Source: a virus
Taxonomy: Duplodnaviria; Caudoviricetes
Length of the DNA stretch: 31,078 nucleotides
IMG/VR virus record: IMGVR_UViG_3300025120_000308
Location: 1 to 31,078 of that record
Reading direction: 5' to 3' (one strand)
Position 1 is the first letter of the stretch. The number at the start of each line of letters is the position of its first letter. Of this stretch, positions 1-6,644 are shown piece after piece. Below the pieces are notes generated by a model, which saw only the letters and a list, made by a program, of their open reading frames with translations, was not told the DNA's origin and did not search any database. Made by a program: the position numbers and the translations under genes.

Positions 1-1167
1 CCTCTTCCTCATTCCTTTCATCCTTGCACAGAAACTTGCTCTACGAGGATTTCCAACTTTCTTTGAAGGTGCCTTCAAATCAGAACCAGGATTTTCTTTT
101 TCATATGACTTACGTCCTTTTTCATTCAAACCCCCTTTGGAGTTTTTACCAGACTTTTTTGTCCAAGCGGCTCCTTCAGCAACTTCAGTCTCTTCTGAAC
201 AAGATACGTTGATATACAGTTCTTTATTGTCAAGAGCAGATATATCAAATCTAGAAATCATTGAACCAGGATAGACTTTATCAAGTGCAGACTGAACTTC
301 TTTTCTAGATGGTTTTTTAATCTCAGGGAAGAATAACTTCATCATCATATACTTACCTTTCCAGGTAAATGCTACAAGGTATACATTTCCATTTTGAGCA
401 GGCACTCTCATTGCTTCTGTAACTTCTTCTACTTCTTCTCCGACAGGAACACAGTTAGGTACAATCTTTTTACCTTTCTTCTTCATGCCTTTTTGGGTAT
501 ATCCAACCCAGCATTTCTCATTAAGGACATCAACCTCAATACCAGCATTTCTCATTGCATTGATTTGCATTTGAGAGAGTACTGGAAGGTTCTCAAACTC
601 TTCTTTCTTAGTACTATTACCATAGTTCTTAGCACCCTTCTTACGGCACTGTACGAGTCTTCCAGAGGCATATGCTGAAGGCCATACAGAAGCACTTGCT
701 TTTACTTTATGATAGCAGGCATCTTTCTTACCACTACTTTTACCCTTCTTATCTTCCTCAGTCATTGCTTCGATATCATAAGTCTCATATGACTCAATAT
801 CAGGTGCGTTTGTTTTCATGGGTTTTGTCTTGATAATGTCTTGAATTACTGCAAAAGGTTCACCGTATGCATCAGTAAGTTCAATCTCTTCTTTTACTTT
901 TTTTGGTTTGTCTGTAGAAACATATGTTGGTTTTGCAGCACCAGTCTTGGATTGTTGTCCAGGATCTGCTGCTTTTTTGCGACGAGCAGCAGATTTTCTC
1001 TCTGCTTTAGTCATACTTGCCCTTTTAGATGATGAGACACACTTAGGAGTTCCTTCGCCAGGTTTATCACTTGCACAAGTTCCACCAGTGACAACATTAA
1101 CCCATCCAGACTTGCCGTCTTTGGATTTTGATCCCTTAAACCATTTATGAAGATTGCCTTCGTTCAT
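1..1167 (-). CDS. Modular basic protein / putative virion-internal polyprotein (>389 aa, 3' end outside window); last module resembles DUF6321, first two resemble DUF5872-type motifs
   Basis: Manually translated, absent from ORF track because no stop in window: ATG at 1167, open to base 1. MNEGNLHKWFKGSKSKDGKSGWVNV...KKDACYHKVKASASVWPSAYASGRLVQCRKKG...LNEKCWVGYTQKGMKKKGKKIVPNCVP...AEGAAWTKKSGKNSKGGLNEKGRKSYEKENPGSDLKAP...RRASFCARMKGMRKR. Perfect late promoter 24 nt upstream. DUF names are from recollection of motifs. Confidence 0.85.
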   Translation of the reverse strand, partial: MNEGNLHKWFKGSKSKDGKSGWVNVVTGGTCASDKPGEGTPKCVSSSKRASMTKAERKSAARRKKAADPGQQSKTGAAKPTYVSTDKPKKVKEEIELTDAYGEPFAVIQDIIKTKPMKTNAPDIESYETYDIEAMTEEDKKGKSSGKKDACYHKVKASASVWPSAYASGRLVQCRKKGAKNYGNSTKKEEFENLPVLSQMQINAMRNAGIEVDVLNEKCWVGYTQKGMKKKGKKIVPNCVPVGEEVEEVTEAMRVPAQNGNVYLVAFTWKGKYMMMKLFFPEIKKPSRKEVQSALDKVYPGSMISRFDISALDNKELYINVSCSEETEVAEGAAWTKKSGKNSKGGLNEKGRKSYEKENPGSDLKAPSKKVGNPRRASFCARMKGMRKR

Positions 1168-1191
1168 TGTAACAATAAAAAGGTCTCATAA

Positions 1192-1199
1192 TATTTATA
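1192..1199 (-). promoter_or_regulatory. T4-type (gp55-dependent) late promoter TATAAATA
   Basis: Plus strand TATTTATA at 1192-1199 = perfect T4 late consensus on minus strand, overlapping the stop of the 58-aa ORF, upstream of ATG at 1167. Confidence 0.8.
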
Positions 1200-1371
1200 A
1201 TCCCATTATTGTTAATGGATTCGAGAACACTGTAGCAACACCACTAACATTATCGAATTCAATTCTATTACTATTATAGTCAATCTTCTTCATATTGCCT
1301 AAATCAACACCATCACTAGCAATCCCTACTGCTCCACCACCTGAGTTAATCTCACTAATAAGTCTAGGCAT
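1195..1371 (-). CDS. Small hypothetical (probable virion) protein, 58 aa
   Basis: Manually translated: MPRLISEINSGGGAVGIASDGVDLGNMKKIDYNSNRIEFDNVSGVATVFSNPLTIMGL*. ATG overlaps the upstream stop (TAATG at 1373-1369) and the ORF exactly fills the gap; below the ORF track size cut-off. Confidence 0.75.
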   Translation of the reverse strand: MPRLISEINSGGGAVGIASDGVDLGNMKKIDYNSNRIEFDNVSGVATVFSNPLTIMGL

Positions 1372-1703
1372 TAGTTTGCAGTCTCCAATACTGATAAAAG
1401 AACTTTAAGTGTACTATCAGCACCAGCATTTGCTTTCACTGAGTCATTGGTTTGCAGAACTAACTTACCATCAAGAGGAATATAAGCATCATTAACCGGA
1501 ACTGTCGCTTCTTTAATAATCTCAGTTGTAGTTGCACCTCTTACATGAGACATAGTTACAGTGGTTGATGCTGATGCATAGTTTGTTACATGTGCATATA
1601 AAATAATACCTGTATATCCAGTAGGTGCTGTGTATATTGTTTGATCGCTTGTTGTCAACTGAATAGTTTCAGTCTTAAATCTATTAAGTGCTAGTTGTGC
1701 CAT
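1371..1703 (-). CDS. Small beta-rich virion structural protein (fibre-associated), 110 aa
   Basis: Abuts upstream gene with zero gap (TAAATG). IYTAP...IILYAHVTN...GKLVLQTNDSVK pattern is typical of small all-beta proteins following fibre genes in marine T4-like phages. Confidence 0.7.
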   Translation of the reverse strand: MAQLALNRFKTETIQLTTSDQTIYTAPTGYTGIILYAHVTNYASASTTVTMSHVRGATTTEIIKEATVPVNDAYIPLDGKLVLQTNDSVKANAGADSTLKVLLSVLETAN

Positions 1704-4700
1704 TTAACTAAGTGCTAGAATGAAAGGGGTCATTTCTGAGAACAGACTTTTGGAGAATGCTCTACCACTAACTGTCCCTGTTGCTTGATTGATTTGAAAG
1801 TCATCACCAATTCTGAAATTACCAGCTTGGTCAGTACTAGTATATATTACTCTACCACCATTTTTACTCTTTACCTCATTTGCTTGAATAGTTACACCGC
1901 CTCTCTTTGGAGTAGCTAATGTGATATTGTTTCCAGAACCAATGTATTCAAAGGTATGAGAACTAGCAATAATTTTACTTTGTTGGAAGAAATAAGCAGT
2001 GGATGTTACTCCAACAGTATTAAGTAAATTTTCAGCAAGTGTTAATGTTGTAATTCCAGACACTATGGGTGTAGCACTATTTATTGTGTAGTAGGTATCT
2101 GCCATCACTGCTGTAGCAGTGGACGTTGTGCCTGAATCTGGAGCAGAGATAGTGATAGTAGGAGTGCTTGTGTACTGACTACCACTGCTAATAATGTCAA
2201 TTTCTGTTACTACACCGCCTTCAAGAGTGGCAAATGCGGATGCCACTTCTCCGTTTGGACCTGTGGGAGATGTGATGGTTACTGATGGGGTAGAAGTATA
2301 TCCACTTCCTCCATTAGTTATTGTGATAGATTCTACAGACTTATAGAGTTGGTCAAAATAAACAACTTGTCCATCATATGGTCTCGTAGTAGAAGCACCT
2401 ACATTCACAACAATATTATCTTGTCCAACAGCACCACTTGAAGTTACAATACCGGTAAATTGTTGATTACTTACTCCATTAGCAACCAATCCAAATGTAC
2501 CAAAACTGCAATTACTATTAGCAAGATCTGCTTGACCTCCTTTGTGTACTGTTATTGCTTCATTGCAACAAATTGTAAATACCGACACTAACTGAGCATA
2601 TCCTTCATTGGTTACAGCAACACCAACACCACCTTGATTATATTGAGTGAATGCATCAACATTCATTGACTTGGTTTTTACTGCTTTGTTTCCATCAATG
2701 AAGATACCAGTTCCTGTTGTTGTGTCGCTAGTACAGTTTTGGATGTATGGACCTTTCCATTTACCACCACCGACATTAGTTGCGATTCCAGTAGGAAAAG
2801 CAACCGCAGCAGCAGGAGCGAGGTGACCAGAGAAGGTCATATTTGCTAACTTACATCCCTTATTGACGTGGAAGATGTCTTGTGTAGCGTTACTTGGTAA
2901 AACTTTTACAGTTCTTTGATCGTCACCGACAACGGCAACGAATGCTGGAAGGTCAATTGGATTGCTCTCAACATAATTTCCAGACAACACTTTGATAACT
3001 GATCCAGATTGTGCTACTCCAACAGCACCAGCAATGGTCAGTTTAGCATTATCGATTGATGTGCCATTATTGGTATCATCCCCATCTTTAGCAACATAGA
3101 AAACATTAGGAGCAGAGTTGATACCTGTTGCACTAGCGTTTATGGTAACGTTATTGCCTAAAATGACCTCGGAGTTAGTAATCGTAACTATACCAACACT
3201 TACTGTATTGTTATTTCCGTCAATAGTAACAGAGGCAGTACCAATAGTAAGAATGCCAGTAATTCTAGCATCACCATCAACTAATAATGTAGTATTACCA
3301 TATCCAACATGAACAGTTCCAATGCCAGTACTAATTGTAGATGCACCAGAAACATTTACACCATTTGATAAGACATCTATACCAGATCTTGCAGTAATGA
3401 TTCCAATTGAATCTAAGTTTTTAATATCTTCTTTGGTGATAGTACCACCAACACTTAGATTGCCAGTGAACTGAACATCACCTACGACATATAGTGACTT
3501 TCCTGTCACCGCAGATGAGGTATTAATTCCAACAGATTTGTCAGTAGAGATACCAATACTATCAGTATGCCAGGTTCCTCCAGCACCAACACCACCACCA
3601 CCACCTGGAGCAAATTTAAATTTCTTATGCTTATCCTCTCCGGTTTGACTTAAGTCAATCTGAAGAACCATTCCATCATAGGCATTGATGTTTGTAGCAA
3701 TACCTGCAATATCGTCAAGATATTGAAGTCTTGTTTCTCCGCCGCCGCCCATGGTGGAGAGTTGAGTTGTGATTCTATTGATGAATAATCTATAGTGATT
3801 TGATAGATCATCAAGAGTCGCAAACTTTTGATTAAGAGGTGTTAATGAGTCAGTTTGTCCCCCTGCTTTTTCTTTTACTGATGGTGGTTCATTAAGGAGA
3901 TAATTTTCTTTTAATGTTTTTTGATCTTTCTTAATTAATAATGCAATACCCTTAAGTTCACTAACAGTTACTTTTAAAGAATCAATATCTTTTGTAATAG
4001 AAGATATTTCATTGTCATAATATTTGACTTCTGGAAGTGAATTTACTTCCCCTTTAAGATCATTAAAAAACTTTAAGAGAGTCTCGTCTGTTTTGGTACT
4101 TTGCTCATTAACAGAAGTAATTTCTTTTTCTAACTTCTGTTTTAACTTATTTTGCTCACTTAGAATTGCTTTCTTTAGTTTTCTGTCGTCGTCTTTAAAC
4201 TCTCTATGATGTTCCCAAACTTTTAATGATGATTGACTTAGTTCAAAATATATTTTCTCTTTAGTCTCAGTTAATTGGGTATTAGTCTGATTAATTTTTT
4301 CACTAATATTATCTTTAAGATTTTTGACATTTATATTCTGCTCAAAATCTTTTACTTGAATAGTCTCATTGAGTTCTGATACATCAAAAGATATTTTATC
4401 TTTAATTATATCAAGATGTCCCTTAACTTTATTAAAATCTTCGTCAATGGTACTGAAAGTATTTCCAATCCAGTTAAAAACAGGTACATCTCCAGATTTT
4501 ACCTTATTAAGTTCTTCTATAAGAGATGATATATCACTATCATAGTGTTTGATCTCAGGTAAAGATGATATATCTTCCTTTAATTGTATTATCTTATCAT
4601 TAATATGTTCAATATCATGATCATAATGCCTTATTGTTGGTATTTCAGGTATTTTTGATTCAATTTCAGTTAATTTTTCCTCAAGATGTTCATTTTTTAC

Positions 4701-5123
4701 ATCTAAGTCATCAATTTTATTACTTTTTTGATCAAACTGTACAAAATATTCCTCAATATGAGTTAGTTTACTACTTAAATCACTTAACTCTTCATCATAA
4801 TATTTTATTTCTGGTATTTCCGGTATCTCTTTCCTTAAATCATTAACAAGACTTATCAGTTCTGACCATTCTGGTGCAGTCTCCGATAAAACAGGGTCAA
4901 TATTCTTTATTTCTTCAACTAAACCTTCTTCTTTGGGCGATTCTGTAATATAATCTTCTATTGATGGAAGTTCATTTTCCTCATAATCTTCTATTGATGG
5001 AAGTTCATTTTCCTCATAATCTTCTATTGATGGAAGTTCCTTTTCCTCTATAAAATCTTTATATGAGGGTAAGTTATTTTCCTCTACTATATCATTTATT
5101 GACGGCAAGTCTTCGTTAGACAT
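1704..5123 (-). CDS. Fibre/spike-like protein: acidic N-terminal repeats and coiled coil, Gly linker, beta-rich shaft, pectin-lyase-like beta-helix, 1,139 aa
   Basis: N-half E/K/L/I-rich heptads with LPSIEDY and PE(I/V)KYYD repeats; GGGGETRLQYLDDI junction; VFYVAKDGDDTNNG...AKLTIAGAV...SVIKVLSGNYVE is a classic beta-helix N-cap motif (DUF1565/pectin lyase-like); NGGSGYTSTP repeats. Confidence 0.75.
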   Translation of the reverse strand: MSNEDLPSINDIVEENNLPSYKDFIEEKELPSIEDYEENELPSIEDYEENELPSIEDYITESPKEEGLVEEIKNIDPVLSETAPEWSELISLVNDLRKEIPEIPEIKYYDEELSDLSSKLTHIEEYFVQFDQKSNKIDDLDVKNEHLEEKLTEIESKIPEIPTIRHYDHDIEHINDKIIQLKEDISSLPEIKHYDSDISSLIEELNKVKSGDVPVFNWIGNTFSTIDEDFNKVKGHLDIIKDKISFDVSELNETIQVKDFEQNINVKNLKDNISEKINQTNTQLTETKEKIYFELSQSSLKVWEHHREFKDDDRKLKKAILSEQNKLKQKLEKEITSVNEQSTKTDETLLKFFNDLKGEVNSLPEVKYYDNEISSITKDIDSLKVTVSELKGIALLIKKDQKTLKENYLLNEPPSVKEKAGGQTDSLTPLNQKFATLDDLSNHYRLFINRITTQLSTMGGGGETRLQYLDDIAGIATNINAYDGMVLQIDLSQTGEDKHKKFKFAPGGGGGVGAGGTWHTDSIGISTDKSVGINTSSAVTGKSLYVVGDVQFTGNLSVGGTITKEDIKNLDSIGIITARSGIDVLSNGVNVSGASTISTGIGTVHVGYGNTTLLVDGDARITGILTIGTASVTIDGNNNTVSVGIVTITNSEVILGNNVTINASATGINSAPNVFYVAKDGDDTNNGTSIDNAKLTIAGAVGVAQSGSVIKVLSGNYVESNPIDLPAFVAVVGDDQRTVKVLPSNATQDIFHVNKGCKLANMTFSGHLAPAAAVAFPTGIATNVGGGKWKGPYIQNCTSDTTTGTGIFIDGNKAVKTKSMNVDAFTQYNQGGVGVAVTNEGYAQLVSVFTICCNEAITVHKGGQADLANSNCSFGTFGLVANGVSNQQFTGIVTSSGAVGQDNIVVNVGASTTRPYDGQVVYFDQLYKSVESITITNGGSGYTSTPSVTITSPTGPNGEVASAFATLEGGVVTEIDIISSGSQYTSTPTITISAPDSGTTSTATAVMADTYYTINSATPIVSGITTLTLAENLLNTVGVTSTAYFFQQSKIIASSHTFEYIGSGNNITLATPKRGGVTIQANEVKSKNGGRVIYTSTDQAGNFRIGDDFQINQATGTVSGRAFSKSLFSEMTPFILALS
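4950..5048. repeat. 33-bp tandem repeat x3 (in-frame, EE(N/K)ELPSIEDY)
   Basis: ataatcttctattgatggaagttcattttcctc at 4950-4982 and 4983-5015 identical; 5016-5048 has one mismatch (c at 5040). Confidence 0.95.
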
Positions 5124-5163
5124 TCTATTAGTGCAGTACTTTGGGATTTCTCTCCCTGAAAAA

Positions 5164-5589
5164 CTATTTATCTGTCTGACTTGCTTGTTTTAGCATTTTT
5201 TGAAGGTCCGCTGTAGAACCAACAAATAGGGCATTATTCACCGTAGTAGGACCTTTTTGATCCTTTTCCTCACTAACATCTTTCAGTTTCTTCTGAAGAT
5301 CCATCAACTTATCAGTAGCATCGGAAACGTTTTTAATAAGTTGACCTGCTACTTCATATGCTCTTGGCATCTCACTCTCTTGAGCAAGTTCAAGAATACC
5401 ATTGATTGCTTCTTGTCCTTTTTCTATTATTGAGTAAAGATTGCCTCTAGTATATTCGTAATCTTTATTGATGTCCTCAGTTGATGATTTGATTTTTTCA
5501 ATTTTGTTATCAACTTTTGTTTTATCTATTTGAACATCTGAAACTTCAACGTCAAATGCTTCATCCAAACCGTCATATTTTTTAGTCAT
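5164..5589 (-). CDS. gp16: Terminase small subunit (T4 gp16-like), 141 aa
   Basis: DYEYTRGNL...ESEMPRAYEVAGQLIK...NNALFVGSTADLQKML motifs of T4-like TerS; follows gp15. Confidence 0.92.
   Translation of the reverse strand: MTKKYDGLDEAFDVEVSDVQIDKTKVDNKIEKIKSSTEDINKDYEYTRGNLYSIIEKGQEAINGILELAQESEMPRAYEVAGQLIKNVSDATDKLMDLQKKLKDVSEEKDQKGPTTVNNALFVGSTADLQKMLKQASQTDK
5165..5171 (-). promoter_or_regulatory. Late promoter-like ATAAATA
   Basis: GATAAATAG overlapping last codons/stop of gp16, ~42 nt upstream of the ATG at 5123. Confidence 0.6.
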
Positions 5590-5597
5590 AATAGTAA

Positions 5598-6605
5598 TTA
5601 ACTAAATCCTCCATCAAATCCAAAGTTATCTCCAACTTCAATGAATGAAGCATCTGCTTTAGTGATGCTGTAGATTGCAGCACCTAAAACATGCTGTTGA
5701 ATCGGAGTCTTATCTTGTGCTCTTCTAACTGTTAATTTATTATCAATTATATTATCAACATACATTTGCTCTTCGCCCATGTAGATATATGTTTTCTTGG
5801 TAAACTTAGTACCATCTGAAACTTCAATCACAGTGTCTTCAAAATCAATGTTTGCTGTTAACTGAGCAACTTCACTTCCATTGTAATCTTTTAGTGCTCT
5901 TGGTTCTACAGTGTAAGTAACATCTCTTTCGTATTGAGTTTTTCCTTTTGTTCTTGTTCCTGCAATATATCCAACAGAAACTTTTTCAATAATAGAAGAA
6001 CTAATATCTGTAAGTGGTCCGTAAAGATAGGTCTTTGCTGTAAATCTAAAAGTATAAACTAATGCTCTTCTCGTATCAAAGTTGCCCTCATAATCATCTT
6101 CCATTGATACATTATCAAGCACAACTGGAGTATTGACTACTTCTGTTAATCCACTAAGAAGTTTAACCGGTATGGTGTATGCGGGAGTGAAATAAGGTAA
6201 AATCTGTTCGGTTATTTGTAACATATCATCATTTAACTTTGTCATTACAGACAATTCAAAAACCATATTATATGGTACTGGCATATATGCTTTTTTAGTT
6301 TGCTCTCCGGTATCACCAGTTATAACAAACGTTTGAGATTTTGATACTTTTCTCTCGGGATCATAAGTCAAATCAATAAACTCAAAAGACATTCTAGGCA
6401 ATGTCATTTGAACAGGAGTATTCAAATCTGGAGTCTGTTCTAATCTTGCTAAAAACTTTTGTGTAGGTCCGTAAGCAAGAGGAACTTTGACGACACTCCA
6501 AGTCTCATCATTTCCATCTTTATGTTTAATCTCTATACCGTTAAACAGAGAACCAAATGAAATGATTGTAGATCTTAGAATTTCGTTATAGAAATACTCA
6601 AACAT
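5598..6605 (-). CDS. gp15: Tail sheath stabiliser / tail terminator (T4 gp15-like), 335 aa
   Basis: MFEYFYNEILR...FGSLFN...VPLAYGP.QKFLARL...TLPRMSFE...PVPYN...QILPYF.P...F.AKTYLYGP motifs; position between gp14 and gp16. Confidence 0.93.
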   Translation of the reverse strand: MFEYFYNEILRSTIISFGSLFNGIEIKHKDGNDETWSVVKVPLAYGPTQKFLARLEQTPDLNTPVQMTLPRMSFEFIDLTYDPERKVSKSQTFVITGDTGEQTKKAYMPVPYNMVFELSVMTKLNDDMLQITEQILPYFTPAYTIPVKLLSGLTEVVNTPVVLDNVSMEDDYEGNFDTRRALVYTFRFTAKTYLYGPLTDISSSIIEKVSVGYIAGTRTKGKTQYERDVTYTVEPRALKDYNGSEVAQLTANIDFEDTVIEVSDGTKFTKKTYIYMGEEQMYVDNIIDNKLTVRRAQDKTPIQQHVLGAAIYSITKADASFIEVGDNFGFDGGFS

Positions 6606-6626
6606 GATCTTTAAAGAATATACTTC

Positions 6627-6633
6627 TATTTAA
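6627..6633 (-). promoter_or_regulatory. Late promoter-like TTAAATA
   Basis: TAAATA core in the gp14-gp15 intergenic gap, ~22 nt upstream of gp15 ATG. Confidence 0.5.
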
Positions 6634-6644
6634 CAGTTTTACAC

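Noticed and set aside
24-1150. Four plus-strand ORFs (24-212, 394-678, 841-1032, 908-1150) in the supplied track
   Set aside because: Antisense shadows of the long minus-strand ORF 1-1167, which has a late promoter and recognisable motifs; their translations are F/L/S-rich with no family resemblance.
4950-5048. 33-bp repeats as possible mini CRISPR array
   Set aside because: Units are head-to-tail with no spacers, in frame within a CDS, and no cas genes are present.
5136-5163. GGGA-gagaaa-TCCC hairpin in the leader of the 1,139-aa gene as terminator or regulatory RNA
   Set aside because: Only a 4-bp core stem and no U-tract downstream on the coding strand; too weak to call.
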